Notes: generated by a model not told the origin, from the letters alone. 64,000 nucleotides of DNA from Elusimicrobiota bacterium (GCA_033875325.1 JANRKA010000111.1:249-64248); one strand, 5' to 3'. Positions 17,301 through 26,130 are shown, counted from the first letter of the stretch. A program made the numbers and translations.

Positions 17301-19991
17301 GTCCTCGGCGTCGAGAAGGCCGTTGCCGGCCGTATAGTTCTTCGACGCCTTGCCGGCGGGGTTGTAGGTGAAGCCGATGTCCTCGGCCGGCTGGAGGATG
17401 TTGTCGTTGTTGGCGTCCTCCGTGTCGAGCGCGCCGTCGGCATCGGCGTCCTCGGCGATGCCGCCGAGGTGGAAGTTGATCTCGTTGTTGGAGGCGTCGC
17501 CGAGCATCACGACCTCGAGGATGGTGCGCTGCGACATGTCCACGCCCGCCACGGCGAAGGGATAAACGATGGAGACCTGGTCGGTGGAGTTGGCCACCGA
17601 GAAGTCGTAGTTGAAGTTGAGGACCTTCTGCGTCTCCTGGCTGTTGGCCTGGGCGTTGGGGTTGATCTTCAGCAGCTCGACGTCCTCGTTGACCAGGCTG
17701 AACTGGTTGGGGTCGGCGGGCACGCCGCCCATGGTGCCGACCGTGGGATTGGCCGCGACCTGCCACTGCGAGAGGATGAGGGAGGCGGAGTCCTCCTGCT
17801 TGAGGCCTTCCATGTTGTCGATGAGGGCGAAGGGGTTGAGGTTGAGGTTCTGTCGGCTCTGGGCGAACTCGCCGGCCAAAGAGACGATGAGGCGATCGCC
17901 CAGCTTCAGGCGCTGCACCTTGGCGTCGAACTCGTAGACGACGAGGCTGCGGGCCAGCTCGGTGATCTGGGGGACCGTCGGGGACTTCGAGCCCGCCTGG
18001 TAGAGCAAGGTGGTGCCCACGGAGGCGACCTCGTTGAAGTCGTGCGAGACGCGCGCGCCGAGGAGGGAGTCGTTGCCCGTCGCGCCGGCGAAGGGCGCGA
18101 CCTCGTAGGTCATGTCGATGACGGAGTTCGGGCCGATGCGGTCGGGGTTGAAGAAGGTGATGAAGCCCGCCTCGTAGTCGATGAAGTAGTCGACGTTGCG
18201 GTTGAGCTTCTGGTTGTCGAGCAGCACGATCTCGGACTGCACCACGAGGTTGGGCTCGAGGAAGAAGGTCTTGAACCGGAAGTTGTACTCCACGCGGAAC
18301 AGGCGCTTGTGGATGGGCGTGGGCGCGTACACGTCGGGGTCGGGCGTCGTCGGCGAGGTGTTGGAGACCGAGAAGGGCTGCAGGAGGCGGAACACGCCGT
18401 TCTCGAAGTCCACCTCGATGGAGTCGGGATATTTCTGGACGGGGTTGAGGCCGGAGCCCACCTCGTCGCGGTTCTGGTCGAGCACGCGCAGGATGAAGTT
18501 GCCGCGGCCGTTGTCGCGCACGATCTGGTTCTGCCCGATGGAGTAGAAGGTGAGCAGCTCGCGGTTCCAGCCGGCCTCGGTGCCGCTGGAGACGATGGGC
18601 AGCTCCGAGGCCGTCTTCATGATCTTGAAGCGGTCGGGACGGGCGGGGTTGGAGGCCAGCGTCGTCGTCGAGGTCTGGAAGGCCAGGCGGTTGCCGTTGG
18701 CGTCCTCGTAGTCGATGGCGACGACGTACTGCGCCAGCAGCTGCGTGCGGAACTGGACGATGCCCTTGGCGTAGTCGATGGTGTAGTCCTGGCCCGCGAT
18801 CTGCGGCAGGAACCGGCCCGTGAAGGAGGAGGAGTTGACGCAGTTGGCGCCCACGCAGACGAGGTCGTCCACGGTGAGGGTCTGCTCGTTGACGTTGGGC
18901 AGGCCGGGGTCCTGGCGGGCGAGGAAGATGCGCTCGGTGCCGGACTTGATGGGCAGGCGCGCGTTCACGCCGAAGGCCACGTCGTAGTACTGGCGCCGGA
19001 GGTAGGAGGTGTCGAGGATGTCGGTCGTGACGAACTGGGTGTTGCCGCTGAACTGGCGCGACTTGGTCGTGCCCTTGGTGCGCGAGCCGATGAAGGTCGC
19101 CTTGAAGCCTTTGTACTTGATGTCGGCCCGGATGCCGAAGAGCTGTTTGTTGTAGGACACGAACTCGGTGGCGGGCAGCGACAGGTCGATGTCGCCGAAG
19201 GAGACGTTCTGCACCACCTCGTTGGGGTCGCCCTGATAGACGACGGAGATGTCCTGCTGGTTCTCCTTGGTGTCGTCGTAGTCCACGTTGACCGTGATCT
19301 TGGGGCCGACCTTGCCCTGCATGCGCAGCTGCAGCTGCTGGTCGATCTCGACGAGGTTGGTCGTCGCGGGGCGGCCGGTCGTCTTCTGGGCGGCGAGGAA
19401 GCGCTTCTCGGAGAAGTTGAACCCGATGACCTTGCGGCCCGTGACGGAGAGGCTGGTGCCGTAGGTGGGCAGCTCGACTTCGGGCGGCGGCGGCTTGGCC
19501 GCGGCCGTGGAGAGATCGAGGTCCTCGATGGCGATGGGGCGCCCGTCCGGGCCGGCCACGCGCTCCTCCCAGGGCTCCTCGCCGCGGTCCACCGCGTCGC
19601 GCACGCGCCGGAAGCGGTCGGCGTCGTATTCGACGGGCTTGAGTCCTTCACGGACTTGGCGCGGGTCGCGCGGAGCGCGAGAGGGCGCCGTCGAGACCGT
19701 GGGCGGCGGGGCGCCGAAGAAGCCGCCGGCGCCCCGGTCGTAGAGTTTGAAGTCGGACGCTTTGGGCGCGCCGAGCGGCTTATAACCGGGCACGGACTCG
19801 GGCGCGGCGTCCGGAGAGACGGCCGGTGCGGGAGCGGGCGCGGGCGCCGGAGCGGGAGCCGGCGCAGGCGTCGTCGGCGCGAAATCCGGGTCGTACGGCG
19901 TCTCGAACTGGGGCGACGCGGGCGCGGCGAAGCCCGCCAAGAGGGCGAGGAGAAGGGCGCCGACGCGGGTTCGTGAGCGTTGCAGGAGCAA
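14367..19991 (-). CDS. sprA: SprA/Sov-family-like giant outer-membrane beta-barrel protein (T9SS translocon family), 1874 aa
   Basis: Signal peptide (TTG start 19991), (PA)7 linker, C-terminal ...TLTFQF aromatic OMP terminus. Blocks DQQLQLRMQGKVGPKITVNVDYDDT, VQNVSFGDIDLSLP and QLFGIRADIKYKGFKATFIGSRTKGTTKSRQFSG resemble conserved N-terminal SprA blocks as I recall them. Ca-binding-like DxDxDG / EDLNRNGKLD loops. Confidence 0.7.
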   Translation of the reverse strand: MLLQRSRTRVGALLLALLAGFAAPASPQFETPYDPDFAPTTPAPAPAPAPAPAPAPAVSPDAAPESVPGYKPLGAPKASDFKLYDRGAGGFFGAPPPTVSTAPSRAPRDPRQVREGLKPVEYDADRFRRVRDAVDRGEEPWEERVAGPDGRPIAIEDLDLSTAAAKPPPPEVELPTYGTSLSVTGRKVIGFNFSEKRFLAAQKTTGRPATTNLVEIDQQLQLRMQGKVGPKITVNVDYDDTKENQQDISVVYQGDPNEVVQNVSFGDIDLSLPATEFVSYNKQLFGIRADIKYKGFKATFIGSRTKGTTKSRQFSGNTQFVTTDILDTSYLRRQYYDVAFGVNARLPIKSGTERIFLARQDPGLPNVNEQTLTVDDLVCVGANCVNSSSFTGRFLPQIAGQDYTIDYAKGIVQFRTQLLAQYVVAIDYEDANGNRLAFQTSTTTLASNPARPDRFKIMKTASELPIVSSGTEAGWNRELLTFYSIGQNQIVRDNGRGNFILRVLDQNRDEVGSGLNPVQKYPDSIEVDFENGVFRLLQPFSVSNTSPTTPDPDVYAPTPIHKRLFRVEYNFRFKTFFLEPNLVVQSEIVLLDNQKLNRNVDYFIDYEAGFITFFNPDRIGPNSVIDMTYEVAPFAGATGNDSLLGARVSHDFNEVASVGTTLLYQAGSKSPTVPQITELARSLVVYEFDAKVQRLKLGDRLIVSLAGEFAQSRQNLNLNPFALIDNMEGLKQEDSASLILSQWQVAANPTVGTMGGVPADPNQFSLVNEDVELLKINPNAQANSQETQKVLNFNYDFSVANSTDQVSIVYPFAVAGVDMSQRTILEVVMLGDASNNEINFHLGGIAEDADADGALDTEDANNDNILQPAEDIGFTYNPAGKASKNYTAGNGLLDAEDLNRNGKLDPLDFTGGSFGFACRTGGANCTSATADKLFDATTSSTRTAIDFGPTGANTGWHTLQIPLNISSGTASAWTAVKQLRVTIRRPAGGAAAGGVKFARIAVVGNTWLRGAAGDPSSTALPVASEALVVTPVNSVDNPTYTPIYNAGGDAASVFNDLYGSLSNLQKQANSKNLSEQALQLRFDGMTSSATVHTKRVFSRAVDISQHKYFNFLLNTSGGTGVAISTNAVFFLRAGSDRDFFEVQVPLGSTGWQKIRIEQSDVNSDSVADVWKSATPGTVVVTSGAPTLQQVGALYAGVRVTGPVTDNNCTPNTTACGTIFLNEIHVAEPVTRVGNAQKLSADFEVPGWATFGAKHRFVDKNFQTPTSVVSNQDRRDDSAYLNWTRLSWFPMTFNLQRTVTDTPSTVQTGQLSNLVNLLQQGKVTTWTGSAQGNVAYGAYPRLSMSHTRNRIEYDLLTRLDDRKTFNGTLQYGVPWDSRFLPKTVDATAGHIRYDVSFERPDVRALPGNFNTEERTNSYGLRLTFQPWTASSFNPTWSMTKVTENRTEFQTGLPVSSRYPKSFNQSAGFSSNFRLTRWLNPQVNYQVDTIENNILNISTFVVRTSTYVFQVGDIKTVNRSANGSISLPLTIGDITQRVKLLRSMNIVSGYQLQDGDVWNQVEKDLDTKTALWVRSPLRPNNPAAQRANLTVRDTWSSTQRWSPLEAYDIRGRLASFKTLSLSNNYVLSVQKSEVTGTQSKTVSRTLPDAVISLAQLEQLWFAERFLSNAQMNFKFARRTVENVGSTFNTEDSFGTDLRTIAWKRYDTLISYNRRRTDNKDLRVDANTQLTKHEDATVQVTFDLGKFRLTPKTDYSKDSNQLGTGVKTQDVEVITPSVLARADLALPAGLRLPGSAKPLLFTNRIIWTSTLSMAMRRSPVTVADNSRLFSFNTSGDYEIAKNLRMTLNGSMQRLWHKFLKEEDFVSYQFGTTLTFQF

Positions 19992-20149
19992 GATGCCGTC
20001 GTCCCGCCCTTCCCCGAAAAAAAAGGGAAGCGCCCGCGGATAAGGTCGGCGTTCCTTATACGCGCGCGCGAGACGCCCGGGAGTATAGCGGGGCCGTGTT
20101 ACGGCGTCAAGTCATGCCTCCGGACGCGAGCGCCCCGAGGCCTTCGCGG

Positions 20150-20416
20150 CTAGATCCCGATGGAGGCGAGGAGGCGGGAGGCGCGGTCGAGGTAGGCGGT
20201 GAGGGTCGGGTGGGAGGCTTCGAGGCCGACCGCGCTGCTCTCCAGGGCGGTGATGAGGTCGTCGAGCGGGCCGTGGTCCTCGGCGCGGATGCCCGCTTTG
20301 AGCTGCCGCAGCGACGCGATGACCTGCGCCTTCTTGGCGGGGTCGGAGGCGTGTCCGTCTTTGATCGCCGCTTCGATGGAGGTGATGAGGCGTTCCAGCT
20401 CTTTTTTATCGGCCAT
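20150..20416 (-). CDS. Small helical protein, DUF4404-like
   Basis: 88 aa, MADKKELERLITSIEAAIKDG...LLASIGI. Clean promoter immediately upstream. The longer track ORF (to 20893) runs into the amine oxidase gene region. Confidence 0.5.
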   Translation of the reverse strand: MADKKELERLITSIEAAIKDGHASDPAKKAQVIASLRQLKAGIRAEDHGPLDDLITALESSAVGLEASHPTLTAYLDRASRLLASIGI

Positions 20417-20422
20417 GGGGGT

Positions 20423-20451
20423 GTTATAGCCTCGTTTCGGGTTCCCGTCAA
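20423..20451 (-). promoter_or_regulatory. Sigma70-like promoter TTGACG-17-TATAAC, only 6 nt from the ATG (leaderless-type)
   Basis: Minus strand: TTGACG 20451-20446, 17-nt spacer, TATAAC 20428-20423, ATG 20416. Confidence 0.45.
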
Positions 20452-20498
20452 GCGGTGGCGGAGCAACGCTCCGACCTGACGAGATAATCCTTTTTATT

Positions 20499-22427
20499 TC
20501 AGCGGATATCCAGGGCCGGGTTGCGGTGGAAGAACCCGCTGGGCAGGAGCTGGAACCCGGTTTTGTGCGTGGGCATGACCGGCCAGTCCTCGGGTCGCGG
20601 GATGTGGGTGACCCCGAAGGTGTACCAGAGCACCACGTCCTCGCCGTCCAACGCCCGGTCGGCCTTCTGCCAGGCGGGCAGGCCCTGGTCCGCGGCGCCC
20701 TGGTTGGGGTAGCGGCCCGCGGCGTAGAGCTCGGCATCGTCGTGGCGCGTGACCCACAGGTGGTGCTCGATGAAGCGGCCTTTGCGGCGCACCGGGGAGT
20801 CCTCGAGCAGGTAGGGACGGCTGTTCTCGCCCGGGATGAGGACGAAGCCCGTGGGCTCGCCCAGCGCGTTTTTCGCGGTGGACGACAACACACGCCACTT
20901 GCGCGCCTTGGACAGGTCCATGTCGCGGCGCGCGGCGCTCTCGCGGGCGATGACGGTCTCGCGCATGACGATGGCGTTGGACAGCGGGTTGGCCTTGCCC
21001 TTGGGCGCGGAGAACACCTCGTGCTCGACGACGCGGTTGGCGGGGCCGTCCACGTCGAAGTCGAGCCGGAAGTTGAAGAAGTGCTGGTGGTGCGGGGCGG
21101 CCACGCCCGGCGCCACGAGGTGGGCGTGGTGGGCCGCGTGGTCGGCGCCGAGCTCCGACGCGGTCGCCGCTTTCACGCCTTTGGCGAGCATGATGCCGGT
21201 CAGGCCCGACTCCATGAGGAGCGCGCCGTCCTGCTTGAACACCCAGGAGAGCTGGTAGTCGTAGTTGGAGATGGTCGCCACGAAGGTCATCACCAGCTCG
21301 CGCCCGCGGCGCGACTCGGAGCGGCCGTTGATCATGTCGAGGTGCTTCCAGAGGATGCCGCCGTCGCGCTCGTAGAAGGCCACGGCCCGCTCGGCCTTGT
21401 AGGACTTGCCGAGGTCGTCGGCGAAGGTCGCGTCGCGGTACACGGCGTTGGCCGGCGCGTCGGCGCCGGGCACGAGCGGCCCGGCCATGCGGCCGATGCC
21501 GTATTCACCCTCGTCGAAGGCGTTGCGGAACGACCAGTTCGAGTCGGGGTCGCCGTAGGGCACGAGCATCTCGGAGAGCGAGGCGCGGTAGAGCACGGGG
21601 CGCACGACGCCGCCGTCCTCGAAGCCGACCTGGTAGAGGACCGGGCCCTCGCGCGGGTGCAGCGCCCAGCGGAAGCGCCAGCCCTGCCAGCGGACCTCGT
21701 GGCCGTCGAGCGTGAAGGAGGGGCCGTCCGGCTGGGAGACGACCAGCGGGCGCAGCCCCGGCCGAGCGGCCGGGACCGCGGACGGGTCGAAGTCGCCGGG
21801 CGCCGTCGAGACGGCGACGACGCCGGTGTCGATGAATTCCACGACCGCGCGTTTGTTGGCGTCGATGACAGCGACCACGCCTTCGACGGGATGGGCGTAG
21901 GCGTTGGTGTTGCCCTCCGTGGCGTAGGAGAGTCCGCGCAGCAGACGGGCGCCGGACTTCGCCTCGGCCGCCGACGTCGGACCGGGCGCCCACAGGTCCA
22001 CCCAGACCGCGTCCGGCTTCAAGCCGCGTTTCTCCATCGCGGCGCGCCAGCGCGGGTCGGCCTTCACCACGGCGGGGAACTTCTCGAACTCCTCGAGCAT
22101 GACGTTGGGCTGGGCGCCGGGGCGCGGGGTCCAGGAGGCGAGGGCCTTCGTCTCGAGGTCCACGACGGCCTCCGCCGTCTCGTTCTTGGCCCGGTCATAA
22201 ACGGTCACGAAGGCGCGGCGAGGGAACGGCCGGCCGGGCTTCCAGGCGAGGACCTCCTTCTTGGCGGGCTCATCGAGCGTGACGACGGGGAAGAACACGC
22301 CCTCCGGCAGGTCCTTGGCGGCGCGCACGGCCGCGACGGCGGCGGGCACCTCGTCGGCGTCGAGCGGGTCGAGGGGATGGACGGCGGCGGCGGCGACGGA
22401 GGCGAGCAGGAGGGCGAGGGCGTTCAT
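20499..22427 (-). CDS. Copper-containing primary amine oxidase (TPQ enzyme), periplasmic
   Basis: Signal peptide MNALALLLASVAAAA. TPQ consensus TISNYDY. Copper His ligands in HHQHFFNFRLD. ATGA overlap with the upstream GT4 gene. Confidence 0.9.
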   Translation of the reverse strand: MNALALLLASVAAAAVHPLDPLDADEVPAAVAAVRAAKDLPEGVFFPVVTLDEPAKKEVLAWKPGRPFPRRAFVTVYDRAKNETAEAVVDLETKALASWTPRPGAQPNVMLEEFEKFPAVVKADPRWRAAMEKRGLKPDAVWVDLWAPGPTSAAEAKSGARLLRGLSYATEGNTNAYAHPVEGVVAVIDANKRAVVEFIDTGVVAVSTAPGDFDPSAVPAARPGLRPLVVSQPDGPSFTLDGHEVRWQGWRFRWALHPREGPVLYQVGFEDGGVVRPVLYRASLSEMLVPYGDPDSNWSFRNAFDEGEYGIGRMAGPLVPGADAPANAVYRDATFADDLGKSYKAERAVAFYERDGGILWKHLDMINGRSESRRGRELVMTFVATISNYDYQLSWVFKQDGALLMESGLTGIMLAKGVKAATASELGADHAAHHAHLVAPGVAAPHHQHFFNFRLDFDVDGPANRVVEHEVFSAPKGKANPLSNAIVMRETVIARESAARRDMDLSKARKWRVLSSTAKNALGEPTGFVLIPGENSRPYLLEDSPVRRKGRFIEHHLWVTRHDDAELYAAGRYPNQGAADQGLPAWQKADRALDGEDVVLWYTFGVTHIPRPEDWPVMPTHKTGFQLLPSGFFHRNPALDIR

Positions 22428-23533
22428 GGGGCTCCAAGGACGGCGCGATAGGTCTCTTCGTATTCGGCGATCATGCGGCGCAGGGTGAACTTCTCGGCGA
22501 CGACGGCCGCGGCGGCGGGGCCGAGCCGGCCGCGCAGCGCGAAGTCGGTGACGAGCCGGCGCAGCGCGGCGCCCAGCGCCTTCGGGTCGTCGGGCGGGAC
22601 CAGCAGGCCGCTTTTCTCGTGCTCGACGGCCTCGGGCACGCCGTCCACGGCGGAGGCCACCACCGGCAGGCCCAGCGCCATGGCCTCGAGCAGGGCGTTG
22701 GGCAGCCCCTCCCAACGCGAGGGCAGGCAATACACGTCGAAAGCGGAGAGCCAGGACGGCACGTCGGCCCGCTCGCCCAGCAGCCAGACCGACTTCTCGA
22801 GCTGGTGTTTGCGCACCAGCCCCTCGAGTTTGCCGCGCGCCGGGCCTTCGCCCAGGATGACGCACTTGATGGGGAAACTCTTGAGGCCGGCCATCGCCTC
22901 GATGAGCGTGTCGAAGCCTTTCTGGTCGTCGAGCCGACCGACCGCGCCGACGAGGAGGTCGTTGGCGCCCAGGCGCAGCTCGAGGCGGTGTTTGGCGCGG
23001 TCCACCTTGGAGGCGGGCCAGCCCGCGGTCTCGATGCCGTTGCGGATGACCTTGACCCGCTCCCGCGAGTAACCCTGCCGCTTGACCAGGAAGTCGGCGC
23101 TGGCCTGGCATTCGGCGATGAGCAGGTCGTCGCGGTCCTTCTGCCAGCGGTCGATGGCCAAGGTCAAGGTCGAGCGCGTGCGGTAGTTGACGCGCGGCGA
23201 GCTCACGAGCTTGAAGGCGACGGAGGCCTGGGTTTTGGCCATGCGCGCGACCTGGATGGCGGAGAACATCAGGGCGTGCACGACGTCGGGGCGCTCGCGG
23301 TCGATGATGGCGGCCAAGGTCTTGGCGTCGCGCGGACGCGGGGAGGCCGCGCCGAGGGACTCCACCTTCACGCCCGCCTCGCGCAGGCGCCGGCCGTATT
23401 CGCCCTCGGGCTTGAGGCTGACGACCCCGGCCACCGTGAACGCCTTGTGGTCGAGCAAGGTCGCCAGGTTGAACAGCGTCTTCTCCGCGCCGCCGACCGT
23501 GGTGGAGGTCGAGACGAAGAGGACGCGGCTCAC
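22424..23533 (-). CDS. Glycosyltransferase family 4 (GT-B)
   Basis: MSRVLFVSTSTTVGGAEK N-terminus, C-terminal E-x7-E-like region PSRWEGLPNALLEAMALGLPVV. GTG start in a GTGA overlap with the aminotransferase stop. Confidence 0.85.
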   Translation of the reverse strand: MSRVLFVSTSTTVGGAEKTLFNLATLLDHKAFTVAGVVSLKPEGEYGRRLREAGVKVESLGAASPRPRDAKTLAAIIDRERPDVVHALMFSAIQVARMAKTQASVAFKLVSSPRVNYRTRSTLTLAIDRWQKDRDDLLIAECQASADFLVKRQGYSRERVKVIRNGIETAGWPASKVDRAKHRLELRLGANDLLVGAVGRLDDQKGFDTLIEAMAGLKSFPIKCVILGEGPARGKLEGLVRKHQLEKSVWLLGERADVPSWLSAFDVYCLPSRWEGLPNALLEAMALGLPVVASAVDGVPEAVEHEKSGLLVPPDDPKALGAALRRLVTDFALRGRLGPAAAAVVAEKFTLRRMIAEYEETYRAVLGAP

Positions 23534-24654
23534 GCGGCGAAGAAGCGCCGGACGGCGTCGATGACGCGGTCCTGGTCGGCCGGCGCCAGGTCCGGGAACA
23601 TGGGCAGGGCCAGCACCTCGGCGGACGCCTTCTCCGAGACGGGCAGGGGCACCGTCGTCGGCGCTTTGGCGTAGGCGGGCTGGCGGTGCACGGGCGCGGG
23701 GTAATACACGGCGGTCCCGACGCCGTGGCGCTTGAGGTGCTCGGCCAGGGCGTCGCGGCGCTCGCAGCGGATGACGAACAGGCAGAACACGGGCTGCGTC
23801 GCGCCCGCGCCCAGCGGCGGGAGCTTCACGGGCAGGTCCGCGAAAGCCTCGAGGTAGCGCTTGGCGACGGCGCGGCGCGCCTCGGTCCAGGCCTTGAGGC
23901 GGCGCAGCTTCACGCGCAGCACCGCGGCCTGGACCTCGTCGAGGCGCGCGTTGTGGCCGACGCGCACGTGATGGTAGGACTTGCCCGGGGCGCGGCCGCA
24001 GTTGCGCAGCTCCAGCAAGGCGTCCCGGAGCGCGTCGTCGTTGGTCGTCACCGCGCCGGCGTCGCCGGCCGCGCCGAGGTTCTTGGTCGGGTAGAAGCTG
24101 AAGCAGCCGGCGTCGCCGAGCGTGCCCGTGGCCTTGCCTTCGTGCGTCGCCAGGTGCGACTGGGCGCAGTCCTCGACGACGCGGATGCCCTTGGCGCGGG
24201 CGATGGGCAGGATGGCGGACATGTCGGCGGGCTGGCCGAAAAGATGAACGGGCACCACGGCTTTCGTCTTGGGCGTGACGGCCTTCTCGAAGGAACGGGC
24301 GTCCAGCGTCAGCGTGTCAGGGTCCACGTCGGCGAACACGGGTTTGGCGCCGAGCACGGACGCGGCGTCGGCCGTCGCCACGAAGGTGAACGAGGGCACG
24401 ACGACCTCGTCGCCGGGGCCCACGCCGCAGGCCTCCAGCGCGAGCTCGAGGGCGGAGGTCCCGGAATCCACGCCCATGGCGTGGCGGGCGCCCAGCGCCG
24501 CGGCGAACTCCGCGTCGAAGCCGGCGTTCTCGGGGCCCAGGATGAAGACGCCGGAGTCGAGCACGCGGCCGACGGCGGCCTTGACTTCGGCGCCGACCTC
24601 GGCGTTCTGTCCTTTGAGGGAGAAAAGCGGCACGGCGGTGACGGTCGCGGTCAA
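23530..24654 (-). CDS. DegT/DnrJ/EryC1/StrS-family sugar aminotransferase
   Basis: PLFSLKGQN..., DSGTSALELAL, FSFYPTKNLGAAGDAG (PLP Lys). No ATG near the N-terminus. TTG at 24654 (TTGA overlap, AGGGGG 4 nt upstream) chosen; GTG 24633 is the alternative. Confidence 0.8.
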   Translation of the reverse strand: MTATVTAVPLFSLKGQNAEVGAEVKAAVGRVLDSGVFILGPENAGFDAEFAAALGARHAMGVDSGTSALELALEACGVGPGDEVVVPSFTFVATADAASVLGAKPVFADVDPDTLTLDARSFEKAVTPKTKAVVPVHLFGQPADMSAILPIARAKGIRVVEDCAQSHLATHEGKATGTLGDAGCFSFYPTKNLGAAGDAGAVTTNDDALRDALLELRNCGRAPGKSYHHVRVGHNARLDEVQAAVLRVKLRRLKAWTEARRAVAKRYLEAFADLPVKLPPLGAGATQPVFCLFVIRCERRDALAEHLKRHGVGTAVYYPAPVHRQPAYAKAPTTVPLPVSEKASAEVLALPMFPDLAPADQDRVIDAVRRFFAA

Positions 24655-26120
24655 TAGGCCCCCTTGCCGAACAACATGACGCCGGGCGTCTTGAGGATGA
24701 TCTCCAGATCCAGACCCAGCGACCAGTGCTCGATGTAGAACAGGTCCAACCCGAAACGCTGCTCGCTGGAGACGTCGGAGCGCCCCGACACCTGCCAGAG
24801 GCCCGTGATGCCGGGCAGGATGTTCATGCGCTTCTTGGCGGTCTCGCCGAAGTCGCGCTGCAGGGCCTCCACCTCGCCGGTCGTCAACGCCAGCGGGCGC
24901 GGGCCCACGACGCTCATGTCGCCGAGCAGGACGTTGAGGAATTGGGGGAACTCGTCGAAGGAGAAGCGCCGCAGGTATTTGCCGACGCGCGTGACGCGCG
25001 GGTCGTCCTTGGCCTTGAAAAAAGCGCCCTGGTCGCCGCCGGCGGCCTTGACCTCGGCGATGCGTTTCTCGGCGTCGACGACCATGGTGCGGAATTTGAA
25101 GGCCTGGAAGGTGCGGCCTTTGTAGCCGTAACGCGCCTGGGTGAAGAGGATGGGGCCCTTGGAGTCGAGCTTGATGAGCAGGCAGATGACCAGCCACAGC
25201 GGCGCCGAAGCGGCCAGCAGCAGCACGGAGAAAACGAGGTCGAAGGTGCGTTTGGCGATGAAGTTCGCGCGGGTGAAGGAGGTGTGCTTGATGCGGTAGG
25301 CCGGGATGCCCAGGTGATGGTCCATCTGCACCTCGCCCATGCGGATCTCGAGGAGGTCGGGGACCATCTTGAAGCCCACGCCGCGCGCGTCGCAGGCCTC
25401 GGCGGCGGCCAGGATGCGCTCGTGGCTGTCCTTGGTGCGCAGCAGCAGGAGCTCGTACCACGGCCGCGACTCCAGCAGCCGCTCGAGCTCGGCCTGGGGC
25501 GGAAGGGCGTCGAGCTCCTCGACGGCGGCGCCGGGGTGGCGGGCGAGGATGCGCTCGCGCAGCACGGGCGCGACCGAGCCGCCGCCCACCAGCAGCACGG
25601 GTTTGGCGGCCTCCATCGAGGCCAGGAAGTCGTCGAGCTTGAGCGCCAGCCACTGGGTGAAGCTCAGCAGGAGCAGGCCGATGGGGAACACCGCGGCGAG
25701 CATCACGCGCGAGTAGGCCAGGCGCTCGTAGAGGAACGCGGCCACCAGGGTCGTTCCCGCCCCCAGGGCGCACGCCCGCACGATCTGCAGGAAGCGGTCG
25801 GCGCCCGTCATCCAGGAGGCGGTGTAGAGGCGGGCGGAATAGAGGCAGAACAGCCAGATGGGAACGGCGCCCGACAGCAGCGCCTGGTATTTCTCCCACA
25901 ACGCGGGCTCGCCCGAGGGAGGGATTTGCGCGACGAACCAGCCCCACTCGAAGCGCGCCCAGAACGCCAGGCGGTAGGCCAGGGCCACGGCGGCGGCGTC
26001 GAAGACCAGGTGCAGGGTCGTGCGCAGGGCGTGGCGCAGCCAGGGAGGCAGGCCGACGGCCGAAGACGCGGCGGGCGCCGTGGGTGCTTCGCGGCGCGGA
26101 CGGGCGGCGCGCGTGCTCAT
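24651..26120 (-). CDS. Polyprenyl-phosphate glycosyl-1-phosphate transferase (WbaP/EpsB-type priming enzyme)
   Basis: Multi-TM N-terminus, Rossmann-like middle, bacterial sugar transferase domain KRTFDLVFS...DPRVTRVGKYLRRFSFDEFPQFLNVLLGDMSVVGPRP. Confidence 0.9.
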   Translation of the reverse strand: MSTRAARPRREAPTAPAASSAVGLPPWLRHALRTTLHLVFDAAAVALAYRLAFWARFEWGWFVAQIPPSGEPALWEKYQALLSGAVPIWLFCLYSARLYTASWMTGADRFLQIVRACALGAGTTLVAAFLYERLAYSRVMLAAVFPIGLLLLSFTQWLALKLDDFLASMEAAKPVLLVGGGSVAPVLRERILARHPGAAVEELDALPPQAELERLLESRPWYELLLLRTKDSHERILAAAEACDARGVGFKMVPDLLEIRMGEVQMDHHLGIPAYRIKHTSFTRANFIAKRTFDLVFSVLLLAASAPLWLVICLLIKLDSKGPILFTQARYGYKGRTFQAFKFRTMVVDAEKRIAEVKAAGGDQGAFFKAKDDPRVTRVGKYLRRFSFDEFPQFLNVLLGDMSVVGPRPLALTTGEVEALQRDFGETAKKRMNILPGITGLWQVSGRSDVSSEQRFGLDLFYIEHWSLGLDLEIILKTPGVMLFGKGAY

Positions 26121-26130
26121 CTGGTCCCCG

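Noticed and set aside
19840-19885. Short GC-rich tandem periodicity (gcgggagcgggcgcgggcgccggagcgggagccggcgcaggcg)
   Set aside because: It is the coding sequence of the (Pro-Ala)7 linker of the SprA-like protein, not a CRISPR array or a regulatory microsatellite.
14373-19976. 1867-aa ORF on the plus strand, mirroring the SprA-like gene
   Set aside because: Antisense shadow ORF typical of GC-rich DNA. The translation is dominated by G/A/R/V/E/D/L/H runs, has no signal peptide or family motif, and fully overlaps a gene with strong OMP features.
20009-20030. Hairpin CTTCCC-N10-GGGAAG containing an A8 run, just upstream of the SprA-like start
   Set aside because: The homopolymer lies in the loop rather than after the stem, so it does not fit an intrinsic terminator on either strand. 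It is too short and weak to call a terminator or phase-variation tract without data.
20526-22451. 641-aa plus-strand ORF opposite the amine oxidase, and the N-terminal extension of the oxidase ORF to 23111
   Set aside because: The oxidase motifs and signal peptide define the true frame and the start at 22427. The extension would run through the GT4 gene in another frame.
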